Assembly (NCBI RefSeq): GCF_000002075.1
Contig: NW_004797676.1
Coordinates: 505,853-569,852 of the forward strand
Length of the DNA stretch: 64,000 bases
Direction of reading: 5' to 3'
Origin: Aplysia californica
Lineage: Eukaryota
In this document: positions 13,201 to 26,696 of the stretch, piece after piece
Layout of the letters: each line of letters starts with the position of its first letter
Position numbering within the stretch: the stretch's first letter is position 1
Notes under the pieces: generated by a model
What the model saw: only the letters and a program-made list of their open reading frames with translations
Databases searched by the model: none
What the model was told of the DNA's origin: nothing
Position numbers and translations under genes: made by a program

Positions 13201-13668
13201 AAATTCAAGGAAGTTCAACCACCTTACGCTCGCTACAGGTAATGTGCTGTGATGCATTTCAACACAATACCAGCAATGTATCACACGAATCGCACCATTT
13301 TGGGGCAAAATCTTGTGGGCTCATCTAAATTGATACTGATGGGTGCATTTGATTTGTTTTCTCTCCTGCTAAATTAAAAGGTGATTTCAATTCAAGACAA
13401 TTGTAGGAAAAAATTGATCAAGCTTTTGAGAAAAGCTGTTTGACACATCCGTGCACTTGTTTGAGAATACACTGCTACCAAGTAACAGTACAAAGAAAAT
13501 ATGTAGTACGATAGTTCATCAGTAAGGGAATGGCATAATGTTTGAGCTGTTTGTGAATCCGAGTTTTAAGTGTTCAGGTTATCCATGCTCAACTACTACT
13601 GTACTTAGTTTAGTGGAACTTATTATTACATATTTGCACAAGCCTCCTTGCTCACTTAACAAGTGATA

Positions 13669-13850
13669 GTGGGTGGTTGGCGGGTGCTTTGTTGTGGTTT
13701 GCTTCTTCTTTCCTGTCAAACATCTATTGTCTTTATCTCCCCTCCTTCTTTTTTGTGTTTGTTACTCTCTTGTAACTCCTCTAATCTTCGGCACTTATAT
13801 GACCTTATTGTGTTGCGAGTGCCGTAAAACATTTAGTAAAACAATAACAA
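13669..13850 (+). repeat. Short retroposon-like repeat sharing the SINE 3' tail (other copies 17127-17310 +, 20848-21067 -, fragments ~29500-29570 - and ~19415-19490 -)
   Basis: GTGGGTGGTTGGCGGG...TGTTACTCTCTTGT...GGCACTTATATGACCTTATTGTGTTGCGAGTGCCGTAAAAC recurs at these positions. Confidence 0.75.
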
Positions 13851-13860
13851 GTGATATGGC

Positions 13861-14280
13861 ATGTGAAGCATTGTGGTGAAATCAGACGCTCGTCAAAATA
13901 ATGACATTAAAGAAATAGGCATTTTTCCGCCAGTTTGGCAATTTTTTCGAATTTTTGTTTTTTTGGGCTCTACACCTTTTATGCTCGAATAACTCATTTC
14001 TGTGTGAATTTTACTGCAAAACGTTGTAAAGGCACAAGATATGTATTTTCAGTTTTCAAAGACTCTCAAGCTATTAAATTTACCAGACTTTGGCGGCCAT
14101 TTTCTCACTAACTTTACCCCCGACACCGGGTGACAACCACCTTCTTCAATTGCAAATATCTCGACTTCTATTCTAGATAGATGGGTACTTTTTTGTCGAA
14201 AACAAGGCAAATGAACCGGCTTTTAGGTGATATACCGGTAACTCCACATACCCAAAAATTGACCAGCGCCTGATTCCACA
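13861..14280. mobile_element. MITE (second copy ~42627-43047)
   Basis: TIR GTG(A/G)AATCAG(A/G)C..GTCAA / TTGAC..GCCTGATTCCAC; shared interior CTTTGGCGGCCATTTTCTCA and TGCAAATATCTCGACTT. Confidence 0.8.
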
Positions 14281-14305
14281 GCGTCGTGACCCGAATATAT
14301 ATATA

Positions 14306-15107
14306 CAGTGGCATCCTGTTATAACGAGAGGGAGGGGACCGGTGCGAAATGTCCGTTATAGCAGGATTCTCGTTACAAGGGATCCAGTAATAAATTCAAG
14401 GGAAATAGTAAAGTAGGCCTAATCTATGAGTTTTGCGTTCTGTTTATTCCTTTTTGTATTTCCCTTGATGATGATTTGTTCAACATGATCTCAAGGTCTT
14501 ACATGATCAAAAATCGAATCAGGTTTCTTTCTCTAGCACTAGCAATGTTGACAAATAGGCCTTGGCGATCAGAAAGAAGGGGCTTTGGCTCTAGGCTAAC
14601 TCGCCCGCAGTGTCGTCCCCCATCCCACCACACACTGTGGTGCGTTGCGTCTGCTTGCGCACGTCACACATTCACTCCATCCATCTATCACAGACTTGTG
14701 ACCTCTCCATCCTGCACCAGAAAAGTGAGTATGCCTAGTAGTAGATAATCTAGACTGGGCTGGCCTATCACGCGATGCATTCTGCTTGTGTCTCCGAAAG
14801 CCACACCCTCCCCACTCATTCGCTCCGGCCTTCATTGTTTGTTGGCGTGGGCTCTCCCACTCTTTGTTTCCTTGGATCACCGACAACTTTCTTAACTGGC
14901 AAGGTTTTATAATAATGCTTAATTGGTCTGTGCGCTGTGCACAGCAGCAGCAATATTCCGTTATAAACGACTCACGTGACGGTCTGATTGCACAATAGCA
15001 GTATTTTATTTACAAAGATAAAGAAGCAAAAAAAACGGGGTTTTAGAACAGTGTCTTTATAACAGACTTCTTGTTGCTTCAGGACTCGTTATAAGTGGAC
15101 TCCACTG
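14306..15107. mobile_element. Tigger-like MITE, copy 1
   Basis: TA-flanked 23-bp imperfect TIR (CAGTGGCATCCTGTTATAACGAG / CTCGTTATAAGTGGACTCCACTG); colinear with 17333-18149. Confidence 0.88.
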
Positions 15108-16639
15108 TATAAAAATGTAAATTGTAACACTAAGGTACCTTAGGTATTTACAGATTTTTTATTAATTATCATTATACTACTGAAGAATGCGACCTATCAG
15201 CAGAACCTTAAAAAAAAAAAACTAGTTCAATGAGCTGAGGGTTGTAAAAGTAGGCTACCGGTATATGTGTTTAAAAATTTTTTTTTATTGAAGTTGAAGT
15301 CATAGTCGTCAACGTACATAACAAATTAATGTGCATTTTATATGTAACATTATACTTATGTTATAAAAAGCAAAAATTCAGTCAATTGATGGAATGAAAT
15401 GAAACATAAAACGGAACAAGTTTGTTACACAATTAATGGGTCTTGCAGTGAGTGGGCAATGGAGACATGGGTTGTATAGTATGACTGTGGTGATACGATG
15501 CGGTGCCTTTATTCGTTGAGTCTGTGAAGCATGGGAAAATGTAGTCCGAGTGTATCTTTTAGTATTAGAATGCTAGTCATTTAAAGTTTAAAACATATTC
15601 ACAAAGCAAACAATTTATTCCACAAAACATGACACATCTGAATCATGGTCTTATGATTATTCATAACCCAGTGGAACTTGCCGTGTCTGAAAAAATATCT
15701 TCATCTGTCCGCTCTCCTTACTCGATCATCAGTGCATACTTAAGGTACCGGTAAAAAACAATAAGTTATTAATAGAACAAGACAGGATGATGACAGTAAG
15801 GGTAGGGGGAATGCCATAAAACAAAATAGTGCACTCATCATGACTGTGAATGTGAAACCTGTAGTCTTCATTACGGCAGCAGGGTTCTAAAAATATCGAC
15901 AGCTGAGCGCAAGAAGTGACTATTTCCACTTTTTATAGTTTCAAGAATAACGATTTTGAAATCTCTATAGCTATAACAAAGTAAAAAAAAAAACGTAATA
16001 AAATATCTCGATACTGTTGCTATAGACCGGGATCAAGTTTAAGAATAAGAAGATACTCTCCGTCTAATGATCAACAAATCGGATTATTTTCATTACATAG
16101 GTTATCCCCTGCCAGTTTATCAATTATTGCTCCTTTCTTTTTCATATTTTTTGTTTTGTTTTCACCTTTCCTTTTCCAGTATCTTTGTCCCAGTGGAGGT
16201 TAATTAATAAACAGGATCAGAGTCGCATGGGTAATTATAATTGCTTCACAACTATAATAATATTTACATATATATCAATAATATGTATATTTTTGTAATT
16301 GAGTAGTTGCCACAGCAGGGAAAAGGAACATGTATCATAAAGATGTGCAGTAGGTCTGGCACCCAGTCATTTATTGATTTATTCCCATTACAAGTTTCGC
16401 CATCCCATCTGGAGACAATGTAGTGCCAGACCAAGATCATGCTTAGTCTGTGACTGGATAGCTGTGTCAACACCAATGTGCATTAAGTATGATTCAGCTC
16501 TATACCCCCCCTCCCCTCCCCTGCACAGTTTAATATATGTTTATGTGTTGGACACAGTGGGTCATCGTTATGTCAGTGTGCAATTCACCATGTTTGATAA
16601 TGTTAATAATAAGAATAATGTAAATGGGAGTGTTTATTT

Positions 16640-16950
16640 AAATAGCATATTTGCATAGAGCATATCCCCACTCAACAGCAAGCTCTATGCTGTTTACAAT
16701 CTGTATTATCCACTCTGCAAACCCAATGAAAATCAGAGACATCAGCTTCCCACGAAGCATAAAGTGCAAGTAGCCGATTAAGCCCTGAACTTTAAACACT
16801 AATTGACACGGTCTTCCACTCTTTGTTTATAGCCCAGTTCCCGTTCCAATCTTGGTGAAGGTGAAGTGAGGAAAATTCACATAAAGTGCTTTTCCAAAGT
16901 TCGAACCCATGATCTTTCAGTTGCAGGTCCAACATCTTAAAAAACCACTA
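16640..16950 (-). mobile_element. Degenerate tRNA-derived CORE-like SINE
   Basis: Minus strand has CTAGTGG...GGGTTCGAAC, then AAAGCACTTTATGTGAATTTTCCTCACT, and an L2-like tail. Confidence 0.45.
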
Positions 16951-17332
16951 GATCTAGACCACTAATGTTTCACTTCCTATCCGTTTGTGGGTTATTCAGG
17001 TTAATGTCAAGTATGTTATGTCCAAATGCCTGTTATACTATAAAAGAACTGTACACTTTTAAATATAAATAAGAGACTCAACTTGGGGATTTATTATTGC
17101 TAAAGCTAAAATCCCTTTATATAGCTGTGGGTGGTTGGCGGGAGCTCTCGTGTGGTTTGCTTCTTCTTTCCTATCAACTATCAAACATCTATCGTCCTTA
17201 TCTCCCCTTCTTTTTTATGTTTGTTACTCTCTTGTATCACCTCTAATCTTCTGGCGCTCATATGACCTTATGCAGTTGCGAGAGCCGTAAAACTTCTACT
17301 TCTACAAAAAGAAATTTTTTATAAACTTTATA

Positions 17333-18149
17333 CAGTGGAGTCCTGTTATAACGAGAGGGAGGGGACCGAGGCAAAATGTCCGTTATAGCAGGATTCTCGC
17401 TATAATGGATTCAGTGATAAATCCAAGGGAAATAGTAAAGTAGGCCTAATCTATGAGTTTAAAAGTTTAATGTTCTGTTTATTCCTTTTGGTATTTCCCC
17501 TGATGGTGATTTTGTTCAACTTAATCTCTAGGACTCTAGGTCTTAGTTGATAAAAAATTTAACCAGGTTTCTTTTTCTAACACTAGCAATGTTGACAGCT
17601 CGGCGTTGGCGAACAGAAAGAAGGGGCTCTGGCTCTAGGTTGACACGCCCGCTGTGTTGTCCCCCACCCCACCACACCCTGTGGTGCGTTGCGTCTGCTT
17701 GCGCCCGTCGCACATTCATTCCATCTAACACAACATTGTGACCTCTCCATCCCGCCCACAGAAGTGAGAGGCACGGTATGCCTAGATAATCTAGACTGGG
17801 AGGGCCTATCAGTATCACGTGATGTGTTCTGCGTGTCTGCGCGAGCCACACCCTCTCCACTCATTCGCTCTGGCCTTCCATTGTTTGTTCGCATGGGCTC
17901 TCCCGTTCTTTGTTTCGGGATCCCCAACGACTTTCTCAACTGGCGAGTTTTTATATATATGTTTAATTGGACTGCGCTGTGCACAGCAGCAGCAATATTG
18001 CGTTATAACCGACTAGCGTGTTTGTCTGATGGCGCTATAGCAGTATTTTATTTACAAAGATAGAGAAGGGAAAAAAACGGGGTTTTAGAACAGTGTCTTT
18101 ATAACAGACTTCTCGTTATTTCAGGACTCGTTATAAGTGGACTCCACTG
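17333..18149. mobile_element. Tigger-like MITE, copy 2
   Basis: TA|CAGTGGAGTCCTGTTATAACGAG ... CTCGTTATAAGTGGACTCCACTG|TA; same orientation as copy 1. Confidence 0.9.
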
Positions 18150-21100
18150 TATAGCTAAGACTCATGCCATAATCATAGGTGGAGCCCGCTGTACATTGGT
18201 CTTTTGGGGGTAAACAAGCAATGACTTATTATGAAGGAACAAAACAAAGTGAGGGGTCATAAGAGAAATGAAAAATGTCAACACTTTTGATCAATTTATT
18301 AATAGTGATTCAGTGGGGTTGCCAAGTTGTGGTTTGTGGCAAGTCAGCATGACAATAGAGGCGCATGTTCCCACACAATATAACATTTGAGAAGCAACAA
18401 CATGACAAAATGAGGCGCTAGTCAAAATCAGCTGTTGTGCGAGAGATGTCAGTGTCAGGCAAAACCTTTTATTTTCTCAAAGCTTTGTGTTTCTGATTCA
18501 CAAACTTCAACAGATTGTAACTTTGGAAGCTTTTACTAAAATTGTCTTCACTCATTTGAAGGGTTTCACATTGATGAACAAATCTTACATTACTTGATAC
18601 CCAAGGTTATTATATTGTACAAATATGACATGGGATTCATTTTGTCATGTTGCCACATATTTGATATTGTAATAGTAATAGTAATACTCAAATAAAAAGA
18701 TACGCAAGTATAAAGTAATGATTCCTAATGAGCAGTAAAAGCGTTTAGGGGGACAAAATTCCGATGTCCATCTTGTTTCATTTTAACCACGGCACAATAT
18801 GAAAAAGTATATATGTACAATATCATTTTTTTTAATGTAAAAAAGTACAAGTACATAGTTGTAAACAGTAGCCCACATAAGAACTGTTTCCAACCAAAAA
18901 AGCTCATCAAAATATGTTTTTAAAAAATGTGTAAAGAAGCTTTGATCTTCGCTGAAAAATTAAACATGAATATGACCTCCCAAAAAAGTAACATAAAAAA
19001 AAACCAAATCCAGGAGAAAATTGTATACTATCACTGTGATATTATTATCATTATAAACTCATACAATACCAGTAAATGTATAGTCCAACGCCAAGCACAT
19101 ACATCATGTACCTGATTAAAATTTGCCTTCATTCCAAGACAATAGAGTGACCAAATGAGGCTTGGTCGGTCATTTCTTTGAAACATTCCCATTAAAAAAA
19201 AAAAAAAAGTGATTTTTTTAACCATGTAATCCATTTCATTTAGATCACACTTAGTTTACAAGCCGAATTCAATCAGCTGGGACACTCTTGAGCACATAAA
19301 AAAACAACCCCAGTCACTTGATGAGAAAGGTCAAAATCAAAAGTTGTGCTTTGGCATCATTTTGGGATAAAACACAGAAGTTGAATTTGATTGTGTCTAT
19401 GAGGTGGCCATCTGGTTTTTTTTAGTTTTAGGAAGAGTTCTATGACACTTGCAACACAATGAGGTCATACATAAAAGCCGTTCAGAATGTTGCAGTCTGA
19501 CGTAGCGGACTGAATGTATTGTGAGTACAATTAGAATCTGACAGGTTACAGTCAGAGTGGTGGCAATGGTGGCCTCTCGTGTCATTGAATAGGAAATGTA
19601 TGTGTGCAGTACCTGTAGTAGGAAGAGATCCATTGACTCCTTGCACCACAGGAATATTTTCTTAATATTGCTTACAATTATACCTGAATAGTTTATTCAA
19701 TAATTATCATTTCATTTGTTCTCTTATCCTTCTCTTCCCAACTTCACAGTAAAATTTAAACTTATATAAGCACTGTTTATTTGTTTGAGTAAAGAGAAGC
19801 ACATGGACACATTAATAATACATGTACATGTTTGGTCATTTAGAGCACAGAAAAAGTAAGACAGACAGAAACAATAGAGGGGACAGAAAAGAAGTTCTAG
19901 TTCCCGGTGGCACCCTCCAACCACCCACAATATATACATGGAAAATGTCACTTATTCTACAAAACACAGAGGGGTCATTGGATGGGCAGGACACGAAGAT
20001 AATCACAGATGTGTAGCTTTCTAATAAACAAAACTTTTTTAAGTACACAGGATAGGACTGGAGGGCGAAGTTTGTGTTTGCTTGTGATTGATTGTAATTG
20101 TACATGTATATATATATATACTACATGTAGATCTATGATCTATGCCCAAAACGACACAATCTAGATAATTTAGGTTGCTTGACCCTGCCTGTCAGGTACA
20201 TCCAGGTTGAGTGGGATACAGCATTCCAGCAAACGGACGCACATACTCAGTTCAAAGAACTTCCTCATGTGGAAACAAACTCGTGTCTTCTGCATGCAGC
20301 AGTGATGAATCTAACAATCTAACCATCACACCGCAGATACCAGTCTACTTGACTTGTCTGGTTCTGTTCTGCATCTCTAAATGATTATGATAAGTAATTC
20401 AAAGTCTGTTTATCTTAATGTCTACCATCTGACTTCATACAAAAGAGATCATTTTGAAATTCGAAATTCAAGTGCTTTATTTGGTCTCCTGATATGAAAT
20501 GAAGTAAAGACGTCTAGTGGAAATTTTGCAGGAAAGACAAGAAGAACTGACTCAAGAGGCGTATAGGTCAAGATGTCAACTGATGGAGCCGCAGTGGCCA
20601 ACACCGTCCAGTCAAGAGTGGAATAAGCTTTCAGCAGCACAAGGTCAAGGACATTTAGTAGCCTGCTGCCTCAGAGGACTTGTCACACTCCTTTCATAAC
20701 GCTCACAGAAACACTTGAGAGACAAGAATGAAAAAAAGGAAACAATATTCAATACATGTAACAGTTCAGAACGGCCCTATATATGGTAGATGAGATACCG
20801 GTCTTCAAGTGTGATGCAATTGAGAAGAAGATGTAAGTTTGTAACAGTTTCGTTTTGGTAAGAGTTTTACGGCACTTGCAATACAATAAGGTCATATAAG
20901 TGCCGAAGAATAGACGTGTTACAAGAGAGTAACAAACACAAAAAAGGACAGATAAGGACGGTAGACTTTTTAATAGGAAAGAAGGAGCAAATCAACAGAT
21001 AAGGACGATAGACTTTTTAATAGGAAAGAAGGAGCAAATCATACCAGAGCACTCCCCAACCACCCACATACATATATATATATATATATATGTAACAGCC

Positions 21101-22476
21101 ATATTTTGCCAGAAATAGATTAGAATAACAATAACAGAAACACTTAACATGATGTAAAGAAACACCCTACATCAGAGCGCGAGCAAAGTGGATTAAGCAA
21201 TGTTTCTGCCTTCCTTTCTCACTCTCCATACACTCGTACACAATGTTAAAAAAACATACACAATAAACCTACAACAAATAGATCTATGCTCATCAGACTG
21301 CCACTGGTCAGTGAAAACAATCACTTCATTCTTCAAACCAACATGAAAAGGAAAACAGGATTGAATTATGTTCTGACATTTTCCCAAAAATATTACACAA
21401 TACTTTTGTTAGCTTTCAGTTTAAAAGTTTCACTCACCATTAAGACAGACGGCCAGTGGAAAACCTTTGAACTCAATGTTGAGTTACAAAAATACATCGA
21501 ATTTTGATGAATACTGCTGCTGTACTGTACTGTAAACTGTAAGTTGTAAGACAATCAAATTTCTAAAGTCTTTTCTTCACAAATTTTTACAACCGTCAGG
21601 TTGCCACACTCTCTTGGTTCTCCCATGCATTAAAAGTGACATGTCTGGCTGGCTATGATGAAACCTGAAGTTTGTAAGAATCGACTGTTCTCAAAATCCA
21701 AATAAAATCAAATTCTACTGACATACAGGCATATTGTATTATATTCAAACCTGTTCATTGAAAAACTTCAGTACAGAAGAATAAAATTTGCAGTACCAAC
21801 ATCAGTAAAAAAAAAAACAATTTAAGCAGTAATGTATTGCAATTGAAACCAAAGTACTGCACAGCAACACATATTTACTGGGATAAACATCAGATGGAAA
21901 TGAATAAATGAAACAAATTTTTTCTGGCTTTCGTTGTCTGCCATAGTTTAAACATGTATAGGTCGAACACAGAAGACTCTAAATCACGCATCCATCGAAC
22001 TGTGCCTATGGTCCCATTTTTTCTTCTTCTTTATCTTTTTAAGATATTCCTTGAACTGGGAATCCCTTGGACTACCGAGGCCAGTCTCGACAAATTCGAG
22101 CTATCCGTGTTGCACTGTATAAAAATATACCTGCAGATATGATTTCATGGAAATACTCTGACGCAAACTCACAAGACGGGCAAAATATCCCAGAGCAGCT
22201 GCCAATAAAAACACTGTCTCTTCATCATCAGGTAAAGCGCAATGTCTTTCCAGTATGAGACTGTCAATCTAGGACCAATCTTTGACATGCACACAACATG
22301 TAATTAATAGCCACACACTTTCACTCATATAGCTGTACTTAGGAAGCACATACCTGTATTCAGTTCAAATTAAGAAAGCCGTCAAATCAAATTTTTGGTG
22401 GTAAAGTTACAATGACAACAACTGTACAGTGAGCAAAACACAGGCAACAGTCCATACAAGTAAAGCATTGTATTTT

Positions 22477-22656
22477 CTATCCTCGTGGTTTTATGCACTC
22501 TGCATAATTTAACCAAATTTGATCAATTTGCTTCATTTCTAATTATTTTCCTTTATCATTCTTTGTTAAAATTATCAGAATCACATTATAATTTCACATT
22601 TTTGGGCTCAGTTTGCATAATTTCCTAATTTTTCTTGCATAAAACCACGGGGACAG
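22477..22656. mobile_element. 180-bp MITE (inverted copy at 25757-25936)
   Basis: TIR CT(A/G)TCC(T/C)CGTGGTTTTATGCA / TGCATAAAACCACGGGGACAG. Confidence 0.75.
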
Positions 22657-22779
22657 TATTTTACATTATGACCCTTCATCTACACAATATCTGCGGATGC
22701 CTTTCTAGGAAACACAGTATCTATTTGCAAATCGAATGCATGTTTTTATATTTTTCCGCTTTATCTGTATTAAAGTCCT

Positions 22780-24783
22780 TCATTGTTTACGTCTGCGAAG
22801 GAAGGTATTTCGCTCGGCAAGCTTCATTAGCTCATCCGGATCCTCCCACTGGGTGGAGCTGTCCACCTTTAGAGTAAGTCGTGACCGACAACAACGGTGG
22901 GTCAGGTCACAGGTGTTCCGCTCACACGGCTTATAGTAGAACAGAGAGATGGGTTGTTGTCCATTACAAGGGGAACCAGGCTTAGTGAGAGGCCCACGCT
23001 TCGGCCTCACAGAGTGACCACCATGTCTGTGGTCATCACCAAAGAATTCATCACCAGTAGCAGCAGGTGGTGGGCTGTGGTAGAGACTGTACGTCCCAAA
23101 CTCATCCAAGTCTCTCTCCAGCTCAATACTAGGGTCCAAAGTAATTTGTGAATCAAACTTACGGTAAACAGGCTCAATCATTTCATATTTTGTGCACATT
23201 TTACTGAGATACTTCATCTTATATTTCTTTTTATGGATTTCTTTATCTTGATTTGAATGAGTCTTTGATTGATCTGTTGGCTTCCTAACTTTCGCTGCAG
23301 TTGTCTCAGCACGTTCAGCTGTTTTCCTTTTTAAAGTCAAAACCGCGGAATTTCTTGAAGCAGAACGAAGCGGTTTTCTGCGAAAAGTTCTCTCTGCATT
23401 ACTGGAAGACTCTGACTTCTCTGTCTTTGGAAGAGATGATGATCGAAGCTTTTGCACACAGTTCCTTTGATAAAACCTCTCTTTATTCAGTTTATGCAGT
23501 CTCTTCAAGTGCCTAGCTCGTTTTGACGACATCCCAAGCTCTTTGTAAGTTCTTTGTTTCCCAGGTCTAAAATTCTTTTGTGTCAATTTGTTAGCCCTGC
23601 ACTGACGTTGTTTTTCCCCGTTATCATCATTGTTATTGAGTATTTGTTCCCCAGGCTGAGTATTGACATTAACCAGTTTTTCATGAAGTCGGGGCTCCTC
23701 TCTTTTCGCTGTGGCTTCCTCCGAACTACATTTTTCTGACTTCTCGCTTTGCACAACATATAATTTTCTTTCCTTACTACAGCTACCTTTTTCCCCCTGT
23801 TGGGTTAAGTTCTCCTCAGCCTCATCTTGACATTTCCGAGTTCTGACACTCTTCCTTCCTGAAGCAGTTTCCTCCCTTTCAGACCGATTGCTTTTTGGTT
23901 TAGTCTTCGTCTGTCTCAGTGCACAAGTTTCCTCCTTTGATTGTTCCCTGGACCTAGTTTGTGTACTTAAACTCAAATGCATGCCGACAGCTTTGCTGCT
24001 GTCTTCTCCACGTGGCAGGGAGGGCGGCTTTTGTTTGACCCCTGATGGTTGGTGGCCAGTTCTAGACTCTGACTTCCCCATAGAAACCTTCCCTTGGGAG
24101 AGGCTTTCCTTCCGACTTATAAACTTTCCTAGGTTTCCCTTTTTTGGAGGGTCAGTCCTGTTTATCACATTTCTTTGACTACTGCCCTGCTTTTCCAAAC
24201 CTTTAGCCTGTCGACACTTTCTCTGCTCCCGATAAAGCTCTGCGCTTCTTAGAAATTTCTGACCAAAAATTTGATTGACAGTTTGATATGGTTTCTTATG
24301 AACACCTGAAAGTGGCCTGTCAGAACTATTTTTTACAAGAGAGGACGGAGCAGACTTTTTGCACATGGTGACACAAATACCAGTCTTCTCAGACACTTCT
24401 CCATGCTGTGCCTCAAGAGCTCTGGTTGTAGCTATCAAACCGATCTCTGACACGGGAATGTTTGGGTGTTGTTTGCTAGCAGTGACTAAAGGAATGTATC
24501 CTTTCTCCTCATTCACTGTGCACCTAGAAGATGAACTTTCCATACAATCTGAATTTGAGGGACCTTGGCGAGATGAGTCCGGACAAGGACATGTCGTAAC
24601 ATTACTGCCATTACTCTCATTTGATGATTGTGCTTTGAATGATACATTTCCTCCATCAATTTTCTTCTCCATACAAAACTTGCTGCTCGTGTCTGACAAG
24701 ATTTCGGTACTACTGGACACCATTTGGCGTCCGTTCAGATCTTTCATGGAAGGATCCAAAGTGAGGTTGCCAGAAGTATCCAT
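22780..24783 (-). CDS. Uncharacterised 667-aa K/R/S-rich protein, single coding exon
   Basis: A 2-kb stop-free frame in AT-rich DNA. First ATG is at 24783 (the ORF track starts at TTG 24828, with an in-frame TAA just upstream). It has several basic NLS-like clusters and a more ordered Cys/His/aromatic C-terminal ~130 aa. A candidate acceptor near 25299 and donor near 28668 suggest non-coding 5' exons. No domain recognised. Confidence 0.7.
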   Translation of the reverse strand: MDTSGNLTLDPSMKDLNGRQMVSSSTEILSDTSSKFCMEKKIDGGNVSFKAQSSNESNGSNVTTCPCPDSSRQGPSNSDCMESSSSRCTVNEEKGYIPLVTASKQHPNIPVSEIGLIATTRALEAQHGEVSEKTGICVTMCKKSAPSSLVKNSSDRPLSGVHKKPYQTVNQIFGQKFLRSAELYREQRKCRQAKGLEKQGSSQRNVINRTDPPKKGNLGKFISRKESLSQGKVSMGKSESRTGHQPSGVKQKPPSLPRGEDSSKAVGMHLSLSTQTRSREQSKEETCALRQTKTKPKSNRSEREETASGRKSVRTRKCQDEAEENLTQQGEKGSCSKERKLYVVQSEKSEKCSSEEATAKREEPRLHEKLVNVNTQPGEQILNNNDDNGEKQRQCRANKLTQKNFRPGKQRTYKELGMSSKRARHLKRLHKLNKERFYQRNCVQKLRSSSLPKTEKSESSSNAERTFRRKPLRSASRNSAVLTLKRKTAERAETTAAKVRKPTDQSKTHSNQDKEIHKKKYKMKYLSKMCTKYEMIEPVYRKFDSQITLDPSIELERDLDEFGTYSLYHSPPPAATGDEFFGDDHRHGGHSVRPKRGPLTKPGSPCNGQQPISLFYYKPCERNTCDLTHRCCRSRLTLKVDSSTQWEDPDELMKLAERNTFLRRRKQ

Positions 24784-26149
24784 TGGTGGTAGGGAGTGAA
24801 CAACAGTGATCGTGTTTGTGTAAGACAAGTGTTTCCATACACCTTACCGACTTATTCTCAGAACCCACACTACACTACTACACAGTCACAGCTTTTATCA
24901 AAGGTGAAGAATTAACTTCTCAAAGCACCTTTCGAGGCTCATATGGCACTTCACATTGCAAGATTAAGAGATTTACAATTTTAAAAAGTTGACGAATGCC
25001 ACTCTCTGTCGGCTCGGCCACAACTATAAGGTCGTTGATGCCTGCTCTGTGGTCTGCGATTGAGTCTGACTCCTGGGATTAGCTGTAATTGACAAAAACT
25101 TTTTCAGCTTTGTCTGTGATTCAACAGACCATCATAACCATCGAGTAATGAAGACACAATATTGTTTGGTGCTACGACTCTTGGAGAGGCTTTTACTAGA
25201 CTTAAGTCTTCATGTCACTGAAGAAACAAGGGAGCTTGAATCTGTGACTAGAGCCCTCCTGAGACTCCCTGGTCTGCACTCATCAACACGTGAAGAGTCT
25301 GAAATAGATTTACAACCACATAAAAAGTGAGCAAGATCAAAGGCAAAAGAAAACAGCTACTTTTTTCCTTTTTTACAGAATAAGATTAGATACAGTCAAT
25401 CTTTACTGTCCAGGCGCTGGCTTTTGTGTTTCACAGTGTGAGCACACATGCACACACACTACACACACACAAACATTATAGAGGCACTTTCAAAAATTAT
25501 TACACGAGATTTGTTTGTTTGAGTTTGAGTAAAGAGAAGCACGTCAACACAATAACTGTCATAAAGTGCAGGGAATAAGCAAGACAGATAGACAGAAACA
25601 ACCAAAGAAAAGAAAAGAAGGACTTATCAGTGGCGCCCTCCAACCACATGATGCACAAGACATATTGAGTAAAGGAAGCAGCCAGAACAATACTGAGAAA
25701 AGGGGACCACAAAATGTATTTATACAGGACTAGGGGGGGAAAAAAGAATAATAAAGCTGTCCCCATTGTTTTATGCAAGAAAAATTCTGAAATTATGCAA
25801 ACTGAGACCAAAAATGTGAAATTATGCAATTCTGTTAATTTTAGCAAAGAATGATAAAGGAAAATAATCAGAAATTATGCCAAAAAATGATTAAATTTTA
25901 CTTAATCTGGCGGGGTGCATAAAACCACAGGGACAGAAATAAAGCAAGTTTTGGGGGTTTTTTCTTGACACAGCTGCTCAACAAAAAGCTGGATCCGTAA
26001 ACACGGATGAGACCTTCAATGTGCCATTGTTGTAATATACAGCAGAATTCTACCAACGCGTTGATGGTGTGTAAAAGTCTGTCCAATAAATTCTTATGTT
26101 GCAATTGAACTTCAATGCGTTTGCTTTTCTTCTGTGAATAAGGTTCTGT

Positions 26150-26696
26150 TTTTTTGTTTTTTGGGGGGCGTGGTACCGGTAGGTGTTTTACGGCACTCGC
26201 AACTGCATAAGGTCATATGAGTGCGTGGGACACATTAAACATTTTCAGTTTCTTGGAAAAAAAAATTATTTTTGCCCGAGTGGCGGCCAAAGCCTACTCG
26301 ATTTTGAATCCACCAAGGGATCTTTAACTTAAACGTGCGCAACTTGCACACAAGACCTCCGAGATTTTTCGCCCTGGTCTGAGAAGGCTAGGTGTAGATC
26401 TTTCCTACCATAAGATCAGGGGTGTGGCTGAAAGACTGCAGTAAGAAGGAGCCAAGGAGGAGCAGTAGAAATAGAAAGACAGCAGAAAGAGTCAGGAGCC
26501 CAGAGGATGGGGCAAAGGAGGTGAGGGCAGAAAGTGGAGAGGAAAGAAGACAACATAGCATAGCTGAAGAGCAGGAAAGGAGGTGAAAGGAGACAATTTT
26601 TTTAGAGAAGAAAAATTTCCTTCGCTATCCAGATAAAAACCCCGGGACTTATTGAAAGAGAGGCAAACACCTTAACATTTAGCCGTCACATCTCGC
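26150..26696 (-). mobile_element. Same SINE family
   Basis: Colinear with 54287-54775 along its full length. Confidence 0.78.
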
